From Chiloscyllium plagiosum (lineage: Eukaryota), in assembly GCF_004010195.1 (NCBI RefSeq), contig NC_057746.1, forward strand, positions 18,605,103 through 18,666,871: a stretch of DNA of 61,769 nucleotides, in the 5' to 3' direction. Positions 11,076-23,118 of the stretch are shown here, piece by piece. The notes under the pieces are model-generated. The model was not told where the DNA came from. It worked only from the letters and a program-made list of their open reading frames with translations, and did not search any database. A program made the position numbers and the translations under genes. Numbering within the stretch: the stretch's first letter is position 1; each line of letters opens with the position of its first letter.

Positions 11076-12696
11076 AGACTAGCGTAACATTAACTTCCAA
11101 CCAACAAATGGCAATGATGGTTGACTCGCGGGGCGCAAGATCTCTTCATCACTGGACGCCAAGAGGAGAATTTAAAACAGTTACATTGTCTACAGAGAGG
11201 TGGGTTACTTGAATGAAATTTGCGCAAGGTGACAAAAATGTCGGGTATTTTTGTTTACGCGCCAAGGAAAAGATGGAGGGACATCTGTGGAAACGGAGTA
11301 ACACGAAGCAAAGGAAATCATGAGCATGCAGCAACACAGTATCTGACCATGGCGCGATTTGGTTAGAGGTGACCACCCTCTGGCTCTGGGAATGGGCGAG
11401 GTAGGAGAGTCGGCCAACCCATCATCCACACATTGCAGCAACTAACTACCTAACTCACTAAACTAGCTGCTGAGCGCGCCCCTGCTGGCAAAACTGCCGA
11501 AGTACCGACCCAGAATCCAATGCTGGAGGATGAACTCAATCCCCTGAGGAGGTTTCTGATTTCCTCTCTCGGAGGGCCATGTGACTTTGGAACTCTCTGC
11601 CTCAGAAGAAAATGACGTGGAGAGATCATTTCCAGCAAACAGGGGGCCGGGTCTTGCTTGGCATCAGGTGGGAATGTGGAATTCAAAACACAAACGGGTG
11701 AACCTGTATTAAGGTGGCACAGACTTGAGCGGCCAGATGGTCTGTTTTGGCTTCGTGATCCGAAAACGCGTATTCAATCCAACATAAGGTATTGCCCAGA
11801 GATGAAGGGAAATATAGAGTAAATCCGGGGTGTGTAAACTGGCTTCCTTTCCTACCAGCGCTCCAAGTCAGCAGGTCCCAGCCTTATTGCTGCCACTTTA
11901 TGTGCAAGGGTGGGAAGGCCAGCAGATCGGATCGAACACCGGATTTACGTTTCAATTCAGATTTTCATTTGTCGAGTTCCGTGCAGAGCAAATTGAAGTG
12001 GCGTGTAAAATTAGCACGACATCCGTTCTGGACTTGTTTTTTTTCCGGCAGACAGCCAGGTTAAAGCTGACTCCAGTCAATGAGAGCAGGTCCCGATCAG
12101 ATTACATCAGATCAATCTGCAATTGTCCCGGAGTAAATAGTGCACTATTCCAAGAAGCCTGTGGTCATGGGCCTTGCCATTTCCGAAAATAGAACGCAAC
12201 ACATTTCACACATTTCAGACCCTCAGACCTGCTTCACGCGAAGTTTGAGTCGGAAAATGGGGCGGTTCCTGTATGGCTATCGCTTGAGGCAGTTTCTATC
12301 TTTATTCCCCGGGAAGTTGAATTGAGGAGGTCAAGCAGACCATCCGGTCAATGTTTCAGAGGAGCTCCCTGAGTACTCATTGAATTAACAATGTGAAACA
12401 CCGGAAATGTGACTTTACAGTATCCTTGCTCACCCTGTGAAAGCTACAGTCCTGGCCCCACAGAATTGATTGTTGCTGGCAGCCTGCGTGGTTAGCTGCA
12501 TAGAATGTGGGTGTTAAGCAGCTGCGGCACGTTAGAGACGGGTTTTTTTGCACCAAGCGAATGTATGATTTTTTTAAACTGCCAATCCATCTAATACCTT
12601 AGACTTCTTGCTCAACATTTACCTGCAACTGTGATAATCTCGACCCTTCTTTGCAATTCAATGCAAGTGAGTGAAACTCCGGAAATACGTGCTACG

Positions 12697-12908
12697 TGCA
12701 CGCACACACCTACACAAGCACAGTGACGCACACACAAACATATACACACAAACACACGCATACTCGTGCACACACATGTACACACACAAGCTTACATACA
12801 AATACACAGATACACACAAACACATACACAAGGACACACATACACAGAAACACACAAACACACACGTATACACACACACACATACACATGCAAATGCACA
12901 CACACACT
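12697..12908. repeat. Degenerate (CA)n microsatellite
   Basis: CA-rich low-complexity run. Confidence 0.9.
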
Positions 12909-13057
12909 TTCTATCTGTGGTGTCCAAGTTGTATTATACTGAAAAGACAACTAACGGAACCTTCAGCGAAAGTGAGGACTGCAGATGCTGGAGATTAGAA
13001 TCGAGTGTGTGGTGCTGGAAAAGCACAGCAGCTCAGGCAGCATCCGAGGAGCAGGGG

Positions 13058-13093
13058 AGTCGACGTTTCGGGCAGGAGCCCTTCATCAGGAAT
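13058..13093 (-). ncRNA. Minimal hammerhead ribozyme motif within a short Penelope-related element (12966-13095)
   Basis: Minus strand auucCUGAUGAaGGGCuccuGCCC-GAAACGUC-gac: intact core, stem II, palindromic ACGU stem III and GUC site. Confidence 0.7.
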
Positions 13094-13569
13094 GAGGCCA
13101 CTGATTGACTGAAACTTAATGTGGACAAGCATAGTCATTAATGGCTGCCGAATTCTACACTAGTCGTAAAACGACTGAAGACGCTTCCATAGTTTGCCTG
13201 GAGAAGAGTAAAATGTGGAAACCCGTAAAACTGTCGGGTGTGACTGTCCTGAGCTGTAGCATATGAATTCCAGGGCAGCACTTTCCAAACCCATCAAAAA
13301 CCCATCAAGAAGGACAGCAGCAGCAGAAACGTAGAAACACGACCATCTGCGATTTCCCTCCAAACCATACTCCAGTTGCAACTATATTGCCATTTCTTCC
13401 CGGCCCAATGATGCTCCTTTGTTAATCACCGTCACTATACATGGGTCATGGTCAAAAGATATGGGGTAGGCAATCTAGAGCAGAGTTAAAGTGAGGAGAA
13501 AGTGAGGACTGCAGATGCTGGAGACCAGAGCTGAAATCAGCCCAGAGTTAAAGTGAAATGACTTCGCCC

Positions 13570-14902
13570 AGGGAGTAACCAGGTCAGGTCTGCTCTGGGG
13601 TCGGTGATTCACCATGACCAAACCTATGCCATACCGGGCAGGAAGATCGCTGAGTGTCTCGCACTCCTCAGGGATATGATCGCCTACGTGTAGGACAGAG
13701 GGTTGGACACCTGCCTGATCAGCCTGGACCAGGAGAAAGCCTTTGACAGGATATTGCACACGTATATGAGAGATGTTCTGTCCAAAATGGGCTTTGGGGA
13801 GGGAATCTGCAATTGGATCAGACTGCTCTACACCAACATTGCCAGTGCAGTCTCAATCAATGGGTGGGAATCAGATAGCTTCCCAGTCAGATCTGGAGTC
13901 AGGCAGGGCTGCCCTCTCTCTCCTGCCTTGTTTGTGTGCTGCATAGAGCCATTTGCCGAGTCCATCAGGAAGGATGCAAGCCTGAGAGTGGTGACTATTC
14001 CTGGCAGCAGGGGCCTGCAGGTTAAGGCCTCCCTGTACATGGATGACATCGCCNNNNNNNNNNNNNNNNNNNNNNNNNNNNNNNNNNNNNNNNNNNNNNN
14101 NNNNNNNNNNNNNNNNNNNNNNNNNNNNNNNNNNNNNNNNNNNNNNNNNNNNNNNNNNNNNNNNNNNNNNNNNNNNNNNNNNNNNNNNNNNNNNNNNNNN
14201 NNNNNNNNNNNNNNNNNNNNNNNNNNNNNNNNNNNNNNNNNNNNNNNNNNNNNNNNNNNNNNNNNNNNNNNNNNNNNNNNNNNNNNNNNNNNNNNNNNNN
14301 NNNNNNNNNNNNNNNNNNNNNNNNNNNNNNNNNNNNNNNNNNNNNNNNNNNNNNNNNNNNNNNNNNNNNNNNNNNNNNNNNNNNNNNNNNNNNNNNNNNN
14401 NNNNNNNNNNNNNNNNNNNNNNNNNNNNNNNNNNNNNNNNNNNNNNNNNNNNNNNNNNNNNNNNNNNNNNNNNNNNNNNNNNNNNNNNNNNNNNNNNNNN
14501 NNNNNNNNNNNNNNNNNNNNNNNNNNNNNNNNNNNNNNNNNNNNNNNNNNNNNNNNNNNNNNNNNNNNNNNNNNNNNNNNNNNNNNNNNNNNNNNNNNNN
14601 NNNNNNNNNNNNNNNNNNNNNNCTGAAGCTTGGGGCAGCTGCCGCCAAGGCGCGGTGGGGAAAGACCACCGTGTAACATCTGCCTGCCTAAAGAAGAACA
14701 GGGGGCCTGCGCAGTCATTTGGGCTCCACTGACGCCTCAGCAGAAGAGCTGGATAGTAAATGTACAGACTTGTATATAGGAAAAATAAATTTCAATGTCT
14801 GTATGTAAAGCAATGCAATGTGTGCACAAGAATGGCATGACCAATTGTAAAGAGATCCAAATAATTTTATGAATAAAGTATATTTTTGAAATTTAAAAAA
14901 AT
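13570..14902 (+). mobile_element. 5'-truncated Tx1/L1-clade non-LTR retrotransposon spanning an N gap
   Basis: RT motifs SLDQEKAFD, GVRQGCPLSP and YMDD before the gap. After the gap: LKLGAAAAKARWGKTTV*, then aataaa and an A tail. Confidence 0.9.
14054..14622. other. Assembly gap (569 N)
   Basis: N run. Confidence 1.
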
Positions 14903-15094
14903 TCTCTGCCAAAGAAAGCAGTTGATGCCGATGCATTGAATGTTTTCGACAATGAGGTAGTTCTAGCTCTTAGGACTAAAGGGATCAAATGATATGGTGG
15001 GGGAGGGGGGGGGGGGTGAAGAAGAAAAAGGATGCAGCCTTGGATTTATCAACCATGCTCATATTGAATGGTGGCATAAGCCTGTAGGGATGAA

Positions 15095-15328
15095 TCATTT
15101 CTTTTTTATAGGGGAAGCTGCACTAACATTCCCAGATCTGCAAACATAGTCGTGGTAAGCTGGAAGCTAGGTAACTATTCTCACGTTAATACCTGGATGG
15201 TCTGCAGAGATGAACATCCCTGGAGCTACGACCACAGCCTGTTCTGTGGGATGATTAGTCATTGCAGATTTCAACAATCATTTTTCCAGTTGGATATGTC
15301 TGTTTTTGTTTCTAAATAATCAAACTTA
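15095..15328 (+). repeat. Left arm of about 230-bp inverted repeat (partner 20239-20470)
   Basis: Reverse complement of 20239-20470 with scattered substitutions. Confidence 0.9.
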
Positions 15329-15331
15329 TAC

Positions 15332-15847
15332 AGTCATAGAGTCATAGAGATGTACAGCATGGAAACAGACCCTTCGGTCCAAACCGTCCATGCCAACCAG
15401 ATATCCCAACCCAATCTAGTCCCACCTTCCAGCACCCGGCCCATATCCCTCCAAACCCTTCCTATTCATAGACCCATCCAAATGCCTCTTAAATGTTGCA
15501 ATTGTACCACTTCCTCTGGCAGCTCATTCCATACACATACCATCCTCTGTGTGAAAAAGTTGCCCCTTAGGTCTCCTTTATATCTTTTCCCTCTCACCCT
15601 AAAGCTATGCACTCTAGTTCTGGACTCCCCCACCCCAGGGAAAAGACTTTGCCTATTTATCCTAACCATGCCCCGCACTCCAAGGTCTCTTTGTTCAGCA
15701 ACACTCCCTAGGACCTTACCATTAAGGGTATAAGTCCTGTTACGATTTGCTTTCCCAAAATGCAGCACCTCGCATTTATCTGAATTAAACTCTATCTGTC
15801 ACTTCTCAGCCCATTGGCCCATCTGACCAAGATCCCGCTGTAACCTC
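15332..15847 (-). mobile_element. CR1/HER1 LINE 3' fragment
   Basis: gtcatagagtcatagag tail; LHFGKAN and FFTQRMVCVWNELP motifs. Confidence 0.9.
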
Positions 15848-17094
15848 CTTTCTCCTATGTTTCTATACCAGCACCCCATGGAGTGTAAGCATTGAAGAGT
15901 CTGCTGGCGAATTTGCAATCACCCTGCCCCGAGACTTCATCAACTTTCAACTGCCGTGATTCGTTTGCATTTTCGCCATTCGGTCAGAACGCTGTGACTG
16001 AAGTGGGACCGCTTTCCCAACAGGAAAACCACGATTTAAACCCTGGGTTTTTCAGGGCCTTTTCTCACGTTTATAGTGGAGCAGGAAGGACACGAATGGA
16101 ATCAGTTTCGGGGACAGGGTGGAAATGCAATGAGAGGATCTCTCATTGTGGCATTGTTGACTGATCCGTCGTTGGTATGGGAGACATTTGGAAGGTTAAA
16201 AAAAAGAAACCAATTACTCGTTGTAGGTTTATGCAACCATCAAAAGAAACTTAAAACATATATACCACTGGCAATATTTTTTGCGTTAAAATCATTCTGT
16301 TCCAAGTGCCAAAACCTAATACATAGTGAGGACTCAGGCGTTAGTAGACTCATTGTCGAAACATTGCAGATACCCCTGAGGGCAATTCAGGTGCGTTATA
16401 TCTCATGATCTCGATAACATCGTCATTCCTTTAAGAATGAGCTGTATAACGAGTTCTGAGAAGATTTGTAGCTCAGGTTGAGCTTCATGAGCTGTATGTG
16501 GTGAAATATTGCCACCTATTGATGTGGACACGTATAACACAAACTGAATGTGCAGACCAAATTTCTCACCTTTTGGGGCCGCCATCTTTCAGATTTGAAG
16601 TCGAGCGAAAGCCCTTCCTCCTCTCGTTCAAGTACAAATTCCACAGGATAATTTAGAAACCCAGCAACTTTCCCTTTGACCAGGAAAATATTTATTCCTC
16701 AACTGACGCCGACAAGAAAAATCGAGCGTCTCATCGACTTTGGAGTTTATAATGATTGAACAAGCCATGAACAAACATAGTATTCTTCCATGTCCTCCTT
16801 AAGTAGCAAATATTATGTGAAGTATTATGTGAAAGTACTTCATCATCTCTCAAGCTATTTGTAAGATTGCGGAGTTCGATCGAGGATCCTGTTTAAATTC
16901 AAGTCTTTCAATTAATCCCAGAACCAGTCGAACCAGAACTAGAGGTATCTTGTGGTGCAATGGTCTTAGTACCTATATCTCAAGAATAAGGTGTGTTAAC
17001 GTTTCTGTGCAGGTTGATGAGGGAGTATATCTACAATCAGAGCCAGCTATCAGATATGATGAACCATGAATGATTTTATTGTCTCATGTATTTA

Positions 17095-17644
17095 GGAAAA
17101 TCCAGTCAGAAGTGTTCTGTCCCCAGAATCCGGCACCAATTTGGATTTCAAAATGAATAAAATGCAATTGCTTAAATACAGCCTCATCTTCTGTTCAGTT
17201 GGCAGAAAACTGTACAGGCAGAAAGATGAGAAAGAATACAGTCTTTCGGGTCCTCCACAGTCCTTCTGGTCAAGGCCAGCTCCAGGTTTGCTGAAGGTCT
17301 CCGGGGTTTCTGTAAGGTGTTCCCCTTTCCGGGCCGTGATGAGTCTCAGTTCGGCGGCCCAGCCGATGCCCCAGGAAGCCCTCGCTAGCTGCCACCACCT
17401 CACCAACATCACTAGAAGTACCAGTCCGGGTCATACAACTCAGTAACTCAGCTTCATTTCCAAGATATGTGGCGACTTTTAATGGCAGGAAAGTCCATTT
17501 CGTTGGCTAATATTCTAGGAATAACCTTTGAGGGAAGGGACCTACTGGACCAGAAATGATAGTAGAGGCATTTCAAAAATCTTGGACAACCGATTTACCT
17601 CCTGCTGTGCAGAGAAAATGGTGTCTGACGGCTGCAATCTGCCA
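17095..17644 (-). pseudogene. Decayed leader + Ig V-set exon (VJ-type receptor pseudogene)
   Basis: Leader-like WQIAAVRHHFLCTAG with phase-1 donor GTaaat (17598), 84-bp intron, acceptor ttcctAG (17515). The exon reads EY*PTKWTFLPLKVATYLGNEAELLSC, then in shifted frames VRWWQ, TEDEAVF and SGDRTLLT, at V-domain spacing. Confidence 0.55.
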
Positions 17645-18654
17645 TCAAGCCTTTCCACAGGTTATGGTTTCACTCGATGGAAGCATTCACACACTGTATT
17701 ATACAAGACATCCTCGAGAGACCAGGGAAATCTTCTGGAAAAGTGACAAACAGATCTGGCGAGGATCAGTTTGTACTTAAGTTGATCCAATGTTGCATTT
17801 TCAAATGCAGGTAATGCTTCACATCAACAGAAGTTAATTCACTGAGACATTAAAGTTAGATGTCAAATGAAGCTCGCAGGCATACTGAGATCCATGTGAA
17901 TAGAACCCTCAAACATTGGAAGCTAGTCTTTGTGCTATCCATTCATGGGATGTCGTTTTCCTTGGCTCAATGAGCATTTATTTCCCATTCTGATCTGCCC
18001 TTGAGAAGGTGGTGGTGAGCTCCCATTTTGAACAATTGCAACCAATTTGCTGTAGGTCAGTGAACGATACTGTTCAGAAGGGAGTTCTGGGACATTAACG
18101 CAGGAAGGACGAGGTATTCCCAAGTCAGGATGATGAGTAATTTGGAGGGGAACCTGCAATGGTCCCCATATATCTGCTGCCTTTGTCCTTCCAGATGACC
18201 AGTGGGTTTTGAAGATGCTGTCGAAGGAGCTTTGTGGAATTTCTGCAGTGCATACAGTTGCTATAGAGCACCACTGGTGGAGGGACTGACATTTGAGGAT
18301 ATGGAACCGCTCAAGCGAACTACTTTGTCCTGGATGGCGTCATGCTTCTTGAGTGTTGCTGGAGCTGCACCCATCCAAACAAGAAGAGACTGTTCCATCA
18401 AGTGTCTTACCTGTGCTGTGTAGATGGTAGATATGGTTTGATTTCCTACCTACGAGATGCCTAGCTTGCATCTGTAACCATAGCACTGATATGACTAGTT
18501 CAATTTAGTTTCTGGACAATGCTAACTCCATCAATGCTAACTCCATGCTGTTGATAGTGGAGGATTCACTGAGGATGATTCTGGTAAACATTGGGCACAA
18601 AAATCCTTATTCATTCTGCAGTAACTAGTTATTTTATTGACAGTTGATACTATA

Positions 18655-19718
18655 ATCTTAGCAGGACCTATACACTTAATGGTAACGTCCTAGGGAGTGT
18701 TGCTGAAAAAAAGAGACCTTGGAGCGCAGGTTCATAACTCCTTGAAAATGGAGTCTCAGGTAGATAGGATAGTGAAGAAGGCGTTTGGTATGCTTTCCTT
18801 TATTGGTCAGAGTATTGAGTACAGGAGTTGGGAGGTCACCTTGTGGCTGTACAGAACATTGGTTAAGCCACTGTTGGACTATTATGTGCAATTCTGGTCT
18901 CCTTCCTATCAGAAAGATGTTGTGAAACTTGAAAGCTTCAGAGAAGATTTACAAAGATGTTGCCAGGGTTGGAGGATTTGAGCCATAGGGAGAGGTTGAA
19001 TAGGCTGGGGCTGTTTTGCCTGGAGCGTTGGAGGCAAAGAGGTGACCTTATAGAGGTTTATAAAATCCTTGAGGGGCAGATTCAATTGCATACAGTGTGG
19101 AAACAGACCCTTCGGCCCAACAAGTCCATGCTGACCCACAACCCACCCACCCCTACACGTAACACTATGGGCAATTTAGCATGGCTAATTCACCTAACCT
19201 GCACATTTTTGGACTGTGGGAGGAAACCGGAGCACCCGGAGGAAACCCACGCAGACACGGGGAGAATGTGCAAATTCCACACAGTCAGTCGCCTGAGGCG
19301 GGAATTGAATCGGGTCTCTGGCGCTGTGAGGCAGCAGTGCTAACCACTGTGCCACCGTGCCACCCACATGGCTGGGGTAAATGAACAAGTTCTTTTCCCT
19401 GGGTGGGAGAGTCCAGAACTAGTGTGCATAGGTTTCGGGTGAGAGGGGAAAGATGTAAAAGAGACCTAAAGGGCAACCTTTTCATGCAGAGGGTGATGTG
19501 TATATGGAATGAGCTGCCAGAGGAAGTTGTGGAGGCTGGTACAATTGCAACATTTAAAAGGCATTTGGATGGGTCTATGAATAGGAAGGGTTTGAAGGGA
19601 TATGGGCCAGGTGCTGGAAGGTGGGACTGGATTGGATTGGGATATCTGGTCAGCATGGACAGGTTGGACCGAAGGATCTGTTTCCTTGCTGTACATCTCT
19701 ATGTCTCCATGACTCTAT
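18655..19718 (+). mobile_element. CR1/HER1 LINE 3' portion with nested minus-strand HE1 SINE (about 19077-19365)
   Basis: RDLGAQVHNSLK, YYVQFWSP and RGDLIEVYKI motifs, interrupted by a SINE and resuming with the 3' end. Confidence 0.9.
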
Positions 19719-20238
19719 ATGTAAAGCTGAGGTTGAAAGTAATGTTGGTCATTCTCAGAAGGCAAGTCAGCATTGGTGGCGAGAAACAAAGTTAACATTT
19801 CAGGTTGATATTCTTTCATCAGGCAGAAGAAAGATGATATCACAAGTTTTTCTTTAAGCTCGTGCAAATGTGCAAGCAAGAGAAAAGTGCCAGAAGATTT
19901 GTGGAAGGGCAGGAGAGATGAACTAACAAGAGGTTTCATGATACCAAAAACCAAAAGGAATGGAAATCGATGCAATAAAGAAACAAAGACCAGGTACAGA
20001 CAAGGTGTCAGTGACTATATAGCAAGCACGCGAATGTATCAGGAAGGGCTAAAGGAATAAAGAAGCCGAGAGAGAGAGAGAGACAAAGAGACAGACAGAG
20101 AGAGAGAGAGAAAAAAAATGCATGCATGCATGATGGTGACGGAGGTGAAATGATGTAAAATTGTTGAACTCAATGTTAAGGCCAGGAGTCTATGAACTGC
20201 TGAGATGAAAGATGAGTAGCTGTTCTTCAAGGTTGCCT

Positions 20239-20470
20239 TAAGTTTGATTATTTAGGAACGAAAACCAACATATCCACCTGGAATAATGATTGTTGAAATC
20301 TGCAATAACTAATCGTCCCACAGAACAGCTTGTGGTTACAGCTCCATGGATGGTCACCTCTGCAGACCATCCAGGTATTAACGTGAGAATAGTTACCTAG
20401 TTTCCAGCTTACCACGACTATGTTTGCAGATCTGGGAATGTTAGTGCGGCTTCCCCTATAAACCAAATGA
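20239..20470 (-). repeat. Right arm of about 230-bp inverted repeat
   Basis: Reverse complement of 15095-15328. Confidence 0.9.
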
Positions 20471-21334
20471 GTGTGATTACGTCCATATTAAGGAAATTTG
20501 CATAACATCTTCACAGATTGATCTAACAAGATTCTTTAGATGAATTTCCTTATGTAAAATCATTTCAGTACACTTGGGGAACCAAGGAAATTCAACCCAT
20601 AATGCATTTTGTATAAGTAATTTGAGAAACTCTTTTACAGACAGAAATTGTTTTAACTGCATGACAACTTTTGAAAGAAAAACCTGTGCAAAGAGACATT
20701 AAAGAGCTACACGAATAAAAGCTCTTGCTGTTGTATCTGGCTTAGGTTGCCCTCGGCTATTCTCTGCCTCTAGTGTATCCTATATAAGTGGCATTTAGAT
20801 TTGGACTGTAGATGTAAGTGGGACCTACATTTTCTCTCCCATTTTGAATTATTTCTAGATTTGCTTACTAGTTGAAAATGGTCCCTCAATTTGATCACGG
20901 CTGAAAATTATTTCTACTTGGTCATAGCTACTCAGTTATCTGTCTCACCTGAACGTTTCCTATTGCCGCAAATTGTTGCTTTATGAATATAAGTGCAACT
21001 TTATTTCAAAAGTGACCACTGAGTCCTTTACTATCACCTATTCCGGCGGAAAAAAAATCCAGATCAGAACAAAGTCATGAGGTTTAAAAAACAAAATGCC
21101 ACACATCTCATTAAAATGTGGCCGTTTATGCCCTCTATTTTATAAAAATGGGTGGGTGGGGGTTTGGAATTGATTGAATAATAAAATTAAATGGCTTTCA
21201 AGGAGAAATCAAATGTGTTTAAATGAATCATTATTTAGGGGACATTTGAAGAAGATGTTTCTGGATGTTGACTTTTTCTGTAACCCACATGTTTAGTACA
21301 CTGGATTGGACCTGAACAAGCAAGTACCTCATGA

Positions 21335-21925
21335 TATGGATATGGTGCAGTAAACAATGAAGAAAGCATGCAGATTGTTGGTGTTCATAGCCAAAGGATT
21401 CGAGTACAGGAGCAGGGATTTTCTGCTGCAGTTGGACACATGCCTTGGTGAGACCATACCTGGAGTAATGCGTGCAGTTTTGTTCCCTTTACCTGAGTAA
21501 GTAGTTCTGATGATGGAGGGGTTACAGCAAAGATTAACCAGTCTGTATCCTGAGATGGCAGCACTGACGTACGAAGAGAGATTGGATCAAATTTTCAAAT
21601 TCACTGGCGTTCAGAGGACTGAGGGGAATGTCATAGAAACCTCTAAAATTCTAGCAAGACTGGGGTGGATGGGAGAGGGGATCTCATAGAAAATATAAAA
21701 TTGTAAGAAGGACAAGACAGAGTAAACTCAGGGACTGTATGCATGGTGATTAGGAGTCTAGAACCAATGCGACAGTCTAAGGATAAGGGAATGATCATTT
21801 AGGATTGATATGAGGGTAACTTACTTCACACAGAAGGTGAGACCAAAGCATTGAGTGTTTTCAAGAAGGTGATAGATATAGTACTTAGCGTGAAAAGGGT
21901 CAAATTGTAAGAGGAGAAAGCGAGG
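21335..21925 (+). mobile_element. Decayed CR1 fragment
   Basis: ttggtgagaccatacctggagta..gcgtgcagttt (LVRPYLE.CVQF) and related ORF2 remnants. Confidence 0.75.
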
Positions 21926-22425
21926 NNNNNNNNNNNNNNNNNNNNNNNNNNNNNNNNNNNNNNNNNNNNNNNNNNNNNNNNNNNNNNNNNNNNNNNNNNN
22001 NNNNNNNNNNNNNNNNNNNNNNNNNNNNNNNNNNNNNNNNNNNNNNNNNNNNNNNNNNNNNNNNNNNNNNNNNNNNNNNNNNNNNNNNNNNNNNNNNNNN
22101 NNNNNNNNNNNNNNNNNNNNNNNNNNNNNNNNNNNNNNNNNNNNNNNNNNNNNNNNNNNNNNNNNNNNNNNNNNNNNNNNNNNNNNNNNNNNNNNNNNNN
22201 NNNNNNNNNNNNNNNNNNNNNNNNNNNNNNNNNNNNNNNNNNNNNNNNNNNNNNNNNNNNNNNNNNNNNNNNNNNNNNNNNNNNNNNNNNNNNNNNNNNN
22301 NNNNNNNNNNNNNNNNNNNNNNNNNNNNNNNNNNNNNNNNNNNNNNNNNNNNNNNNNNNNNNNNNNNNNNNNNNNNNNNNNNNNNNNNNNNNNNNNNNNN
22401 NNNNNNNNNNNNNNNNNNNNNNNNN
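21926..22425. other. Assembly gap (500 N)
   Basis: N run. Confidence 1.
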
Positions 22426-23118
22426 TTGCCGGTAGTGTTAGGTGAAAGGGTAAATATAGGGAAATGGGTCTGGGTGGGTTGCTCTTCGGAGGGTCGGTAT
22501 GGACTTGTTGGGCTGAAGGGCCTGTTTCCACACTGTAAGTAATCTAATCATATTCTTCTTTCTCTTTTCCATCTTCTCTCTCAGTTTTTCTATAACAGAT
22601 GCTGCTTTCTTGTAGACTATGGGCAAAGAATAACCGAGTACTGGGACATCTGGTTAATATATTGTGTGAGGCAGTCAGATACTATGCTCAGTGCATGAGT
22701 TATGTATGAAAACGGAAAATATGTGAAATTTTCTGGAGTTAGTGTTATTACTGCTCAGACCAATTCCCTTGAGCACAGGTGGAAAACATGTTGTTATCCT
22801 GAATCTGAGTCTCTTATCAGCTTATCAAGTTGAATGACAACATGCCCCTAACTCTATTGGGACTCTTCCTATCTGTGAGTTACAACATCATTTTATTGGC
22901 CCAACTAAAACCTTGGTGTAACATCCATTTAGAAAATTAGATTATGTGTGTGTTTGTGAGTGAGTGAGTGTGTGAGTCTGTATGTGTGTATGAGTCTGTG
23001 TGTGTGTGTATGTGTGAGTGTGTGTGAGTGAGAGAGCGAGAGAGTGCGTGTGTGAGAGAGTGTGCGTGTACGCGCATGTATGTGAGAGAGAGTGTGTGTG
23101 AGAGAGAGTGTGTGTGTG

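Noticed and set aside
11260-11352. Minus-strand hydrophobic stretch GQILCCCMLMISFASCYS resembling a signal peptide
   Set aside because: The Kozak ATG is out of frame, the donor is weak, and it is on the wrong strand for C4 with no linked exon.
13828-14732. Long ORFs across N runs (also 21821-22531)
   Set aside because: Artefacts of assembly gaps.
22721-22780. Leader-like M*NFLELVLLLLRPIPLSTG
   Set aside because: In-frame stop, weak donor, and phase 1 is incompatible with C4 exon 2.
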